From Anaeromyxobacteraceae bacterium (GTDB taxonomy: Bacteria; Myxococcota; Myxococcia; Myxococcales; Anaeromyxobacteraceae), in the NCBI GenBank assembly GCA_032654565.1, contig JAULAX010000021.1, positions 1 through 62,158 of the forward strand: 62,158 nt of DNA, read 5' to 3'. A model generated the notes under the pieces. It saw only the letters and a program-made list of their open reading frames with translations, was not told the origin of the DNA and made no database searches. A program made the position numbers and the translations under genes. Of the stretch, positions 29,492 through 38,238 are shown in pieces; the stretch's first letter is position 1, and each line of letters opens with the position of its first letter.

Positions 29492-30187
29492 ATGCTCATC
29501 CAGCCCACCCTCTTCTCGTTGCCAGACCCGCTCCGGTGCTCCCTCTGTGGCGCGCCGTACGGGCGGCCCGATCCCTCGTGCTGTAAGTGCGACTTGCGGC
29601 GCAACCCCCTCCCCGTCGCTCCACCCGACCCCGCAGGTGACGCTCAGCACGTCGAGCGGCTCCGCGCCGCTGCTGCGCGGCTCACCCGCGTCCGCTCTCT
29701 CGGCCGACCCGTTCGCGTCGGCCTGGTCGGCTGCAGCGCGTCCAAACGCCCCGGCAGCCAGCGCGCTCGCGACCTCTACACTGGCAACTTCTTCCGGCGC
29801 GCTCTTCCGATCTCTGAGGCGTCTTGCGACGAGACCTGGATCCTATCCGCGCACTACGGCATCCTCTCCCTCCAGCGCATCGTCGAGACCTACGACGCGC
29901 AGCTCTCCGGTCGCCAAGCTGAACGCGCCATCTGGGGGCAGAGCGTCATCACCTCGCTCCACAACGCCTTCGTCGGAATCCCTCTCCACCTGGTCTTCTT
30001 CGCCGGCGCCGCCTACGTGGAGGCCATCACGGGCGTCCACCCAGCCACCGGGCGAGCCACCAACTTCAATGCCATCGCCCTCACCCGGGCCGCCTGGACC
30101 TACGAAACGCCCCTCCGCGGACTAGAGCGAGGCCGGCGCTTCGCCTGGTTCCATTCGCACGCCCCAGCACCAAACCGTGCCGGCTGA
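29492..30187 (+). CDS. DUF6884-like protein with an N-terminal zinc motif
   Basis: LVGCSASK...ARDLY.G..F...WILSA.YG...YD motif. Confidence 0.7.
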   Translation: MLIQPTLFSLPDPLRCSLCGAPYGRPDPSCCKCDLRRNPLPVAPPDPAGDAQHVERLRAAAARLTRVRSLGRPVRVGLVGCSASKRPGSQRARDLYTGNFFRRALPISEASCDETWILSAHYGILSLQRIVETYDAQLSGRQAERAIWGQSVITSLHNAFVGIPLHLVFFAGAAYVEAITGVHPATGRATNFNAIALTRAAWTYETPLRGLERGRRFAWFHSHAPAPNRAG

Positions 30188-30231
30188 CGGCACCGCGCCA
30201 CCCGCCTCATTCGAGGCGGCGCGCTGCCGTC
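30186..30231. promoter_or_regulatory. Hairpin-B family member
   Basis: GACGGCA..CGCGCC / GGCGCG..TGCCGTC stem, loop ending in TCGA. Confidence 0.6.
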
Positions 30232-30251
30232 CTCCCACTCCAGAGGCCACC

Positions 30252-31103
30252 GTGGACGCTTCCCCTACCCTTCCCGATTCCGCCACACCCGTCGAAGCCG
30301 AGACACTCATCCCCTCGGTCTCCATCGATGGGCTTCTCGCTCGTCGCGACGCCGTCCTCGACCGCTGCCAGGCCATCCAAACCGCAGTCAGCGAGATCCA
30401 GGCCCTCGCCACCATGCTCGGCCTGGACGCCGACGGTCTCGCCGGCGCGCGGTGTCGCTTTCTGCAGCCGATCTCGGACGGCCGCTACGCCCACGAGCGC
30501 TTCACTTCGCCCACATGGCTCGAGGATTCCACCAAGACCATCGACGCCGCTCTCTGGGATCTCCTCCTCCACCAGAGCGGCATCCGGTCCTTCATGGACC
30601 GAAACGCCCGCCACCAGTGGGACGACGACATCGAGCACCAGCGCACGCCGCCCCTCACCGACAACAACATCCGGGCGACCTTCGCCTCGCTGCACGCGAG
30701 CCGCGCTGACTTCTTCAAGCGCGGCGTCGTCCAGCTCTTCCGTTCCCTCTCCTGGGACTACAAGTCGAACCTCCCCCACCGCTTCGGTCGCCGCCTCATC
30801 GTCCGTCACCTCGCTCCGCACCCCTGGGGCGTCTCTCCCGACACCTGCAACACCCTCGACGACCTCCTCCGCGTCTTCCACGTGCTCGAGGGCCGCCCCG
30901 AGCCAGACCACCGCCTCGGGGTCCACTCGCGCCTAAACCAAGCCCGTTCCGCCCACCACGACCTGGTCGACGACTACGTCCGCATCCGCACGTTCAAGAA
31001 CGGCAACGGCCACGTCTACTTGCTCCGCCAAGACCTGGTGGACAGCCTCAACCAGATTCTCGCTGCGCAGTACCCCAACGCTCTTCCTCCGGTCGCCGAC
31101 TAG
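30252..31103 (+). CDS. DUF4942-like protein
   Basis: F..LSWDYKSN....G...I, L.DL, FKNGNGH motifs. Confidence 0.75.
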   Translation: MDASPTLPDSATPVEAETLIPSVSIDGLLARRDAVLDRCQAIQTAVSEIQALATMLGLDADGLAGARCRFLQPISDGRYAHERFTSPTWLEDSTKTIDAALWDLLLHQSGIRSFMDRNARHQWDDDIEHQRTPPLTDNNIRATFASLHASRADFFKRGVVQLFRSLSWDYKSNLPHRFGRRLIVRHLAPHPWGVSPDTCNTLDDLLRVFHVLEGRPEPDHRLGVHSRLNQARSAHHDLVDDYVRIRTFKNGNGHVYLLRQDLVDSLNQILAAQYPNALPPVAD

Positions 31104-31110
31104 CTTCTCC

Positions 31111-31155
31111 GCGGCACCGCCGCCGCCTGCCTGCAGCGAGGCGGCGCGGAGCCGC
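31111..31155. promoter_or_regulatory. Hairpin-B family member followed by an RBS with no start codon
   Basis: CGCCGCCT/AGGCGGCG stem; AGGAG at ~31167 has no nearby ATG or GTG. Confidence 0.55.
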
Positions 31156-31189
31156 TCTCACCACTTAGGAGCGATCACCACCCCGACCA

Positions 31190-31218
31190 TTGCGCAACGC
31201 CACGTGACCTCTTATGAT
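31190..31218 (+). promoter_or_regulatory. Sigma70 promoter of the Xre-RES operon (probably a leaderless transcript)
   Basis: TTGCGC-17 bp-TATGAT, with an ATG 7 bp downstream at 31226. Confidence 0.6.
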
Positions 31219-31225
31219 CAGCCAT

Positions 31226-31675
31226 ATGGCCGCCATCCTCGCACCCAATGCTGACCCGTCCGTCCTCGATTTTCTCGGGGGTCGCAAGACCCTGGGCCTC
31301 GGGCCACGTGCCCAGGCCAACTACGTCGAGCTGCTTCGTCACGGCCTGCCCTACGGCAGTCTCCGTTCCGTCACCAGCGAGCTCTCGCTCTCGCTCAAAG
31401 ACGTCCAGCACACCCTCCACCTCAGCATGCGGAGCCTCCAGCGCCGCAAGGGAGCGCGCCTGACGCCGGTCGAGTCCGAGTACGTGCTTCGCCTCGCCCG
31501 CGTCGCCTCCCACGCTATTCGTGTGCTCGGCGACCGCGATGCGGCGCTCGACTGGCTCAAGACCCCGAATCGCGCCCTCGCTGAGGAGCCGCCCCTCTCC
31601 CTCCTTGACACTGACGTCGGCACCAACGAGGTCCTCGAGGTTCTCGACCGCGTCCTCTACGGCGTCTACACCTGA
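31226..31675 (+). CDS. Xre/MbcA/ParS-family antitoxin
   Basis: GLP, RSLQRRK, L...ES, WL..PNRAL....PL.LLDT..G...V...L.R..YG. Confidence 0.9.
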   Translation: MAAILAPNADPSVLDFLGGRKTLGLGPRAQANYVELLRHGLPYGSLRSVTSELSLSLKDVQHTLHLSMRSLQRRKGARLTPVESEYVLRLARVASHAIRVLGDRDAALDWLKTPNRALAEEPPLSLLDTDVGTNEVLEVLDRVLYGVYT

Positions 31676-32220
31676 TGCGCGTCTATCGACTCACGAACCG
31701 CCGCGATCCGACCGACGTCTTCAGCGGCGAAGGCGCGCGCCGCGTCGCTGGTCGCTGGCATCCCGCCGGCGTCGCCATCGTCTACACCAGCAGTGCGACC
31801 TCCCTTGCCCTTCTGGAGGTCCTCGTCCACGCCAACCGTTCGCAGCTCAAGACGCTCGGCTTCGTCCACGCTGTTGACGTCCCAGATGCCCTCATTGAGA
31901 TTCCCGCCCTTTCGGATCTCCCGGCCGACTGGAATCACCCCAAGCGTTCCGACCATGCCCGCGCCTACGGCGAAGCCTGGGCGCTCTCCAAGCGCTCTCT
32001 CGCCCTGGCGGTGCCTTCCGTCGTGGTCCCGCAAGAGCTCAACGTCCTCCTCAACCCAGCGCACCCGGACTTCGCTGCTCTTCCCTTCGGAGGCCCCACG
32101 CCGCTCGCCTACGACGCACGCTTCGTCGCCCCTGCAACACGGCGCCCTCCCTCGATCAAGCCCCGTCGCCTCAAGTTGCATCGCATCAAGTCCATCTACG
32201 GCAAGCCACCTGGGCGCTAG
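31675..32220 (+). CDS. RES-family toxin (NAD+-consuming)
   Basis: YR, SGEGA....GRW, YTS...LA.LE, VPSVV..E.N.LLNP.H motifs. Confidence 0.9.
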   Translation: MRVYRLTNRRDPTDVFSGEGARRVAGRWHPAGVAIVYTSSATSLALLEVLVHANRSQLKTLGFVHAVDVPDALIEIPALSDLPADWNHPKRSDHARAYGEAWALSKRSLALAVPSVVVPQELNVLLNPAHPDFAALPFGGPTPLAYDARFVAPATRRPPSIKPRRLKLHRIKSIYGKPPGR

Positions 32221-32300
32221 TCACCGGCCACTGACGTCCACCTGGCCGTCGTAACCCGCACGACCTAGCACCCCACACCACCGATCCAACCACCCAACCA

Positions 32301-32339
32301 AAGGGGGGCGAGCGAGAGCTCGCCCCCCTTCGCTTTTCT
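32301..32339 (+). terminator. Rho-independent terminator-like hairpin
   Basis: AAGGGGGGCGAGC-GAGA-GCTCGCCCCCCTT followed by CGCTTTT. Confidence 0.7.
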
Positions 32340-32346
32340 GTACGCC

Positions 32347-32391
32347 GCGACCCCGCCGCCGCCCACGCGAGGCGAGGCGGCGCGGGGCCGC
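32347..32391. promoter_or_regulatory. Hairpin-B family member
   Basis: CCCCG.CGCCGCC/GGCGGCG.CGGGG stem, loop ending in GCGA. Confidence 0.6.
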
Positions 32392-32424
32392 CCACCTACT
32401 CCAGCCACCGAGGACACCAAGACC

Positions 32425-33300
32425 ATGAGCCTCTCCACCATCCGAGCCCACCTACAGACCGCCGGCGAGCACGTCGGGGACCTCCTCTGGTGGACCCTCG
32501 AGGACGCGCGCATCGGCCGCACCCGCCTCGAATCCGTCTGGTGCGCGGCCGGTCTCTCGCCCAGCCTCCTTCCCGAGCCCTCCACGCCCGAGAAGGCTCT
32601 CAAGACCGCGGTCCGCGAGGCCCAGGTCGGCAACCACAACCACCTCATCCGCCTCGCCAAGGAAGACACGGACGAGCTCGTCTTCGCCATCGTGCAGGAG
32701 CGGCGCGACGGTGCCGGCAACCTCGACTACGTCCAAGAGGCCCGCGTCACCTTGGACCGCAACGCGCCTTCGCAACTTCGCAGCGACGTCCCCAGCCACG
32801 ACCTCGTTCGCGCCATCTACGACAACTACGACAAGCTGCTCACCACCCACACCAGCGACGACATTCGCCGCGCCATCCTCAAGGTCCTCGCGACCTGCGC
32901 CGCAGTGACCCTCCGTGACCACGGAGGGGTCTACTGGGTGCCCTCTCCGAGCGCCGAGACCTTGCGCCACCTCCAGGCTGCAATCGCCAACATCGGCCGC
33001 AGCCGCGTCGACGTCGTACCGATCCACTCCTCCCCCGAGGCTCAACAGGCCCTCGGAGACGCCGCTCGCGCCTCCATCGAAGACGACATCACGGCGCTCC
33101 GCACCGAGATCGACGGCTTCCTGCACACGCCGCCCGAGCGCACCAGCACGCTCGTTCGTCGCCTCCAGAACTTCGAGGAGATCCGGGCTCGCGCTCGCCT
33201 CTACCACTCGATCCTCAGCGTCCAGATCGGCGACCTCGAGACTTCCCTCAACGAGCTCACCGCCAACGTCGAAGGCCTCCTCAGCTCCAACCCCGCTTGA
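32425..33300 (+). CDS. DUF6744-like protein
   Basis: G.L.WW...GGVYWVP motifs and a helical C-terminus; precedes the AAA/VWA pair. Confidence 0.55.
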   Translation: MSLSTIRAHLQTAGEHVGDLLWWTLEDARIGRTRLESVWCAAGLSPSLLPEPSTPEKALKTAVREAQVGNHNHLIRLAKEDTDELVFAIVQERRDGAGNLDYVQEARVTLDRNAPSQLRSDVPSHDLVRAIYDNYDKLLTTHTSDDIRRAILKVLATCAAVTLRDHGGVYWVPSPSAETLRHLQAAIANIGRSRVDVVPIHSSPEAQQALGDAARASIEDDITALRTEIDGFLHTPPERTSTLVRRLQNFEEIRARARLYHSILSVQIGDLETSLNELTANVEGLLSSNPA

Positions 33301-33313
33301 CCACCGAGGACAC

Positions 33314-34477
33314 ATGACCACCAAGACCACTGCCACTCCGCTTGCCTGCCTCCGCGCCCTCCGCGCCGAACTCAACCAGCTCTTCCCCGAACGCCGGGAG
33401 GTCATCGACGGTTCGCTCTACGCGCTCCTCGCCGGCGAACACGTCCTCCTGCTCGGTCCGCCCGGCACCGGCAAGAGCGCGCTCGTTCGCGCGCTCGCCC
33501 GCGCCTTCTCGGCGCCCTACTTCGAGCGCCTCCTCACCAAGTTCTCGACGCCCGAGGAGCTCTTCGGCCCCATCAGCCTCAAGGCTCTCGAACAGGACCG
33601 CTACAGCCGCGTCGTCCACGACAAGCTGCCCGAGGCCGTCCTCGCCTTCATCGACGAGATCTTCAAGGGCAACTCGGCCATCCTCAACTCCATCCTCTCG
33701 CTCGTGAACGAGCGCATCTTCCACAACGACGGAGCTCCCCTCCCCTGCCCGCTCATCACCCTCTTCGGCGCATCGAACGAGCTGCCCGAGGGCAAGGAGC
33801 TCGAGGCCCTCTTCGACCGCTTCTTGCTTCGCTACGACATTCGCTACCTCGTCCGGCCCAGCAACTTCCGGTCCGTCGTCTCGGGATCCGAGCCGACGGC
33901 CACCGTCTCGGTCTCGCTCGCCCAGCTCCAGCTCGCGCAGTCCGCGGCCCGCTCCGTCACCATCACCGACGCCACCATCGACGCCCTCATCCAGATCCGC
34001 GACGCCTGCAATGCCGATGGCATCGCCGTCTCCGACCGTCGCTGGAAGAAGACGCTGAAGGCCGTCCAGGCGAGCGCTTACCTCGCAGGCGAGACCACCA
34101 CGACGCCCGAGGACCTCCTGCTCCTCACCGACGCCCTCTGGCGTGAGCCCAAGGAGCGCGCCAAGGTCGCCCACCTGGTCGGCCAGCTCGCCGACCCGAT
34201 CAGCGCACAGGCCGCCGAGATCCTCGACGCCGCCCGCGAGACCGCCGCCCGGGTCGCTGGGCTCCGCAGCACCGCCGACCGCAAGACCTACGTCGGCTCC
34301 GCAGCCCAGGCGCTCGACGACCTCCTCCAGCAGCGGGATCGCCTCACCGCGCTCTCCAAGAGCGCCGGTCCCCGCGCTCAGACCACCCTCTCCGACGCCG
34401 GCCAGGAGATCAGCCAGCTCCACAACGAGCTCGCCCGCGTTGTCAGCGGCGCCATCAATCGCGGAGCCATCCGGTGA
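33314..34477 (+). CDS. MoxR/RavA-family AAA+ ATPase
   Basis: GPPGTGKS, PEELFGP, FIDEIFK, ASNELP, ALFDRF and SDRRW motifs. Confidence 0.92.
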   Translation: MTTKTTATPLACLRALRAELNQLFPERREVIDGSLYALLAGEHVLLLGPPGTGKSALVRALARAFSAPYFERLLTKFSTPEELFGPISLKALEQDRYSRVVHDKLPEAVLAFIDEIFKGNSAILNSILSLVNERIFHNDGAPLPCPLITLFGASNELPEGKELEALFDRFLLRYDIRYLVRPSNFRSVVSGSEPTATVSVSLAQLQLAQSAARSVTITDATIDALIQIRDACNADGIAVSDRRWKKTLKAVQASAYLAGETTTTPEDLLLLTDALWREPKERAKVAHLVGQLADPISAQAAEILDAARETAARVAGLRSTADRKTYVGSAAQALDDLLQQRDRLTALSKSAGPRAQTTLSDAGQEISQLHNELARVVSGAINRGAIR

Positions 34478-34737
34478 CCGCTCCTCGCCGCTGCGGCCAC
34501 GAGCGCCACTACCCGCCCGTCACGCTCCAGCTCGCCGTTCGCGTCAACAAGGAGACCGCTCTCGACGCCCACGACAGCCTAAAGCCCCGCTGGCACGCGC
34601 TCGTCACCGTCATCGCCTGCAGCGACCGCCCGCACACCACGCAGCGTGTCTTCGCAGGCACCGCGCCCCATCGCTGGACCGCCCTGCAGAAGGCCATGGC
34701 CAACGCCGTCCAATCCACCCTCGGAGACTCCCCATGA
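34474..34737 (+). CDS. Small hypothetical protein
   Basis: Translationally coupled between the AAA and VWA genes. Confidence 0.45.
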   Translation: MTAPRRCGHERHYPPVTLQLAVRVNKETALDAHDSLKPRWHALVTVIACSDRPHTTQRVFAGTAPHRWTALQKAMANAVQSTLGDSP

Positions 34738-36026
34738 ACCGCCTGCTCTACGACGTCTCTCGCTGGCACCTGTACCAGCACCGCAACGAGCGTCGGCTCC
34801 CGCTGGCGCGTGAGTCCGATCTGCCTGCCCTCAAGCTCCAAGACGAGCTCTACGAGAGGCTCTACGCCGGCGACACCGACGCGCTCCCCGAGCACCAGGT
34901 CAACGCTGCGCTCAAGCCCTGGGCCCAGCGGATCCACGACGCTTGCGCGAACCTTCCCGCCTTCGGGCGCCTCGCCGCCGACTGCCGCGGCGACGCAGCC
35001 GCCTCCGCGGCCGCGGTGGACACCCTCATCGCGGCCCTCGGCGAACTCCCCCCGCCTCACCAGGCGCCCCCGGACGCGCCGCCAGGGTCCCACAAGGACC
35101 CGTTGCGCCGCCCGCTTCTGAACGCCTGCGCAGTCGCCGCCAAGGCCGTAGAGGATCTCCGTGACGCCACCGAGGGCCTGGCCCTCGTTGGCTGGGGCAC
35201 GAGCTCCGCGCCCGCCCAGCTCGGCGCGGCCGACCCCAAGGTGAGGCCCCTCGCCGTGCGGCTGCGTGACGACGCTCGCCTCAAGCGCATCGCCCTCCTG
35301 GCCGGCCGAATGAAGCGCATCGCCGCCTCCAAACGTCGCCAGAAGGTGAAGCACGGCGCCGACGAGATCACCGACGTCGAACAGGGCGCCGACCTCGGTC
35401 GAGCCCTGCCCGCCGAGCTCGCCAAGCTCGCCCACCCAGCGCTCCGCCTCGACTTCATGCGCAGCTTCCTCGAGCGCCAACTCCTCCAGTACCAGCTCAC
35501 CGGCACCGACACCCTCGGCCGAGGCCCCATCGTCGTCGCCCTGGACAAGTCCGGCTCCATGGCCGATCGCGACGGTCTCAAGGACGTCTGGGCCACCGCC
35601 CTCGCTCTCGCCCTGCTGGAACACGCTCACGCCGGGAACCGGCGCTTCGCCCTCCTCGACTTCAACTCGCACGTCACCTACGAGGCCGTCGTCCGGCCCG
35701 GCGACTTCCTCCCGCACGAGGCCCTCTTCCAGTCCTGCGACGGCGGCACCGACATTGCCGCCGCCCTCGAGCGCGGCCTTGAGCTCATCCGCTCGAATAG
35801 CGATGGCCTCCACAAGGCCGACCTCGTCCTCATCACCGACGGCGCCAGTGACTACGACCGCGCCGACGAGCTGCGCGCGATGGCGCGCTCACTCAACGTC
35901 TCCATCTTCGGCCTCGGCATCAACGTCGATGCCGCGAGCCTCTCGGCCTGGTGCGACGAGGCGCACGGCATCCGCAATCTCGACACCGTCGATCCGGACA
36001 TCGCCACTGCCCTTTTCTCGGCCTGA
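34734..36026 (+). CDS. VWA-domain protein (ViaA-like)
   Basis: MIDAS motif D.SGSM, GGTD, ITDG. Confidence 0.9.
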   Translation: MNRLLYDVSRWHLYQHRNERRLPLARESDLPALKLQDELYERLYAGDTDALPEHQVNAALKPWAQRIHDACANLPAFGRLAADCRGDAAASAAAVDTLIAALGELPPPHQAPPDAPPGSHKDPLRRPLLNACAVAAKAVEDLRDATEGLALVGWGTSSAPAQLGAADPKVRPLAVRLRDDARLKRIALLAGRMKRIAASKRRQKVKHGADEITDVEQGADLGRALPAELAKLAHPALRLDFMRSFLERQLLQYQLTGTDTLGRGPIVVALDKSGSMADRDGLKDVWATALALALLEHAHAGNRRFALLDFNSHVTYEAVVRPGDFLPHEALFQSCDGGTDIAAALERGLELIRSNSDGLHKADLVLITDGASDYDRADELRAMARSLNVSIFGLGINVDAASLSAWCDEAHGIRNLDTVDPDIATALFSA

Positions 36027-36117
36027 CGGTCACTCACTTCGTTCGAGTTTCGCGGTCACTCCCAACCGGCGCGCTTCGGCCGCGGCTAGGAACGCCTCTG
36101 CCTCGCTTCACCCGACG

Positions 36118-36259
36118 CGCCAGCGCGAACATCGCCGCTGTCACGCCGAGTGACGACGCTCGGCCTCGACAACGCCTTGGCCTCCGCGCGCCAGGGTGAC
36201 ACCGGCCGCTCCACCACTTGTGAGAGCGGCGCGGTGCCACCCTCAACACGGGAGCGACG
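36118..36259. promoter_or_regulatory. Conserved ~145-nt upstream element, copy 4
   Basis: CGC-CAGCG..AACAT..CGCTG-TCACG; hairpin B at 36193-36243. Confidence 0.65.
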
Positions 36260-36436
36260 ATGAACCTCATACCGACCGAAGCGAGATTCCCCGACCTGCA
36301 TGCCGAAGTCGTGCAGCTCTTCTCCAACGTCCAGCTCGAGTACACCCACTGCGAGATCTGCGGCGACTACCACCCGCCCGAGATCCACCTCCGACCCACC
36401 ACGCTCATCGATCCGCGCGACCCCGAGGACGCCTAG
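36260..36436 (+). CDS. 58-aa protein with a CxxC..H motif (not in the ORF track)
   Basis: GGGAG RBS; HCEICGDYHPPE.H. Confidence 0.55.
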   Translation: MNLIPTEARFPDLHAEVVQLFSNVQLEYTHCEICGDYHPPEIHLRPTTLIDPRDPEDA

Positions 36437-36438
36437 CC

Positions 36439-36909
36439 ATGCAGACCTTCAAGACCCGCCTCGCTCGCCTGCTCGCCCGCCGTCCCTACTCGGTCCTCGG
36501 CTACAGCGCCGAGGACGAGGTCTGGTGCCCGACCTGCCTCAGACTCGCGACCGGTCTCGCGCCCGGCCGCCCCGACACCAACGGCAAGCTCGTCCAGGTC
36601 CTCTACGCCGCCGACCGCAGTGTGCACGAGGAAGTCTGCACCAACTGCCACGCCAACCTGGTCGACCTCGTCCCGGCCCTCCAGCCCGCCACGCAGCTCA
36701 CCATCGCCCGCCGCGTCCACGTCCCCGACAGCACCGTCGTCAAGTACGAGCCCGTCGGCATCGCAGTCCTCGAGGGCTCCAACCGAGGCGTCCTCTACCT
36801 CAACTTCCTCGACGGCCCCTGCTACTTGGTAGCCACCGAGGACGAGCTCTCTAACAGTCCTCCTCCGGCCACCGCGAAGCCGCCCGTGGTCCGCAAGAAG
36901 GCCGGCTAG
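36439..36909 (+). CDS. Zinc-ribbon + small beta-domain protein
   Basis: CPTC...CTNC; C-terminal Y.PVG...G.LYL.FLDG matches 27746-27955. Confidence 0.6.
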   Translation: MQTFKTRLARLLARRPYSVLGYSAEDEVWCPTCLRLATGLAPGRPDTNGKLVQVLYAADRSVHEEVCTNCHANLVDLVPALQPATQLTIARRVHVPDSTVVKYEPVGIAVLEGSNRGVLYLNFLDGPCYLVATEDELSNSPPPATAKPPVVRKKAG

Positions 36910-37390
36910 ACACCGCTGCCGGCGGCGCTTGCGCCGCCTCGCCGCTCAATCGAGCAGCCCCGTTGCACGCGCGACGGGGCAGGGGAGGGCGGAGTCTTCA
37001 TCCGCCCGCCCCCGTCGCGCATATCAAATTCCGTCGTCGCCGGCTCTGTTTCCCGTCAGACGGACCCGCTAACATCGCGACATGAAGGACTCTTCCAGAA
37101 CACCAGCCTGCGTTGTCCACTGCCACCTCTTTGGCGGCGCCGACCTTCGTGAGCTCCACACGCCCAGCCCATGAACGTCCTTCACTGTTCGACAACGACT
37201 CGGGCCAAGGCCCGCGCACGGTCTCTCCAGGCGGTCATTCGCCCGCGCCCCTGGGCGACGCGGGCGAATGACCGCCCCATCCACCCAACGTCAACATCCG
37301 CCACCTTCAGACACTTCGTTGACCGGCCGGATCCGACCACGTAGAACCGCAACCACTCGCTCACCCGCCATCACCACCCGAGGGACACGC

Positions 37391-38227
37391 ATGGCCGCTC
37401 ACCGCTTCGGCATCGCAAACCAGAAGGGCGGGGTGGCCAAGACCACCACCGCGGTCAACCTCGCCGTCACCCTCGCGATGCGCGGGCACCGTGTCCTCAT
37501 GGTCGACTACGACCCCCAGGGCAACACGACCATGGCCCTCGGCCGCCTCGACCTCACCGAGACTCCTGGCACGTTCACGGCCGCGGAGTTCACCATCGCC
37601 CAGGTGGAGCTGCTCCGCGGGCGCAAGGTCTTCGACTTCGCCCCCCAGCGCGACGTGCTCGAGCTCTCCAAGGTGGCCGGTGGCCGCCTGGACCTCGTGC
37701 CCGCCAGCGACGAGCTCGCCTTCATCGAGAACGACCTCGTCCTCATGCAGGACTTCCAGGCCACGTCGCGGCTGCTCGAACGCGGCCTCGACTCCGTCGA
37801 CAAGGAGTACGACTTCATCCTCGTCGACTCAGGGCCGACGCTCGGCACGCTCATGATGAACGTCCTCGCCGCCTGCAAGAACGTCATCGTCCCCGTGAAG
37901 CTGTCGCCGCTCAGCGTGCCAGGAGCCATCAAGCTCCGCACGCACATCGAGGAGCGCATCGCGCATACCCTCGATCCCAGCATCCGCATCTTCGGCGTCC
38001 TCGGCACCTTCATGAAGGAGGCCTCCAACAAGCCCAAGGAGGTCCTCGCCCGCATGCGCGAGATCTTCGGCCCGCGTGTCTTCGACACCGTCATCCACGA
38101 GAACCAGGCCACGGACGACGCCAGCGAGTCCGGTCGTCCCATCGTGCTCGCGAATCCTCATGCCCGAGGCGCAATCCAGTATGATCTCTTGACCAACGAG
38201 CTGCTCAGCCGCCTCGGCATCAACTGA
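37391..38227 (+). CDS. parA: ParA/Soj partition ATPase
   Basis: Deviant Walker A NQKGGVAKTT, DYDPQGN, YDFILVD. Confidence 0.95.
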   Translation: MAAHRFGIANQKGGVAKTTTAVNLAVTLAMRGHRVLMVDYDPQGNTTMALGRLDLTETPGTFTAAEFTIAQVELLRGRKVFDFAPQRDVLELSKVAGGRLDLVPASDELAFIENDLVLMQDFQATSRLLERGLDSVDKEYDFILVDSGPTLGTLMMNVLAACKNVIVPVKLSPLSVPGAIKLRTHIEERIAHTLDPSIRIFGVLGTFMKEASNKPKEVLARMREIFGPRVFDTVIHENQATDDASESGRPIVLANPHARGAIQYDLLTNELLSRLGIN

Positions 38228-38238
38228 CAGGAGACACC

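Noticed and set aside
10243..36243. Hairpins as integron attC sites or intrinsic terminators
   Set aside because: They have no RYYYAAC/GTTRRRY boxes, there is no integron integrase, and there are no T-tracts. They lie just before RBSs, sometimes directly after a real terminator.
36968..37020. Long hairpin upstream of parA as an alternative oriT
   Set aside because: It is a single GC-rich stem-loop after the last cargo gene, more simply explained as a terminator. Nothing else supports it, though it cannot be fully excluded.
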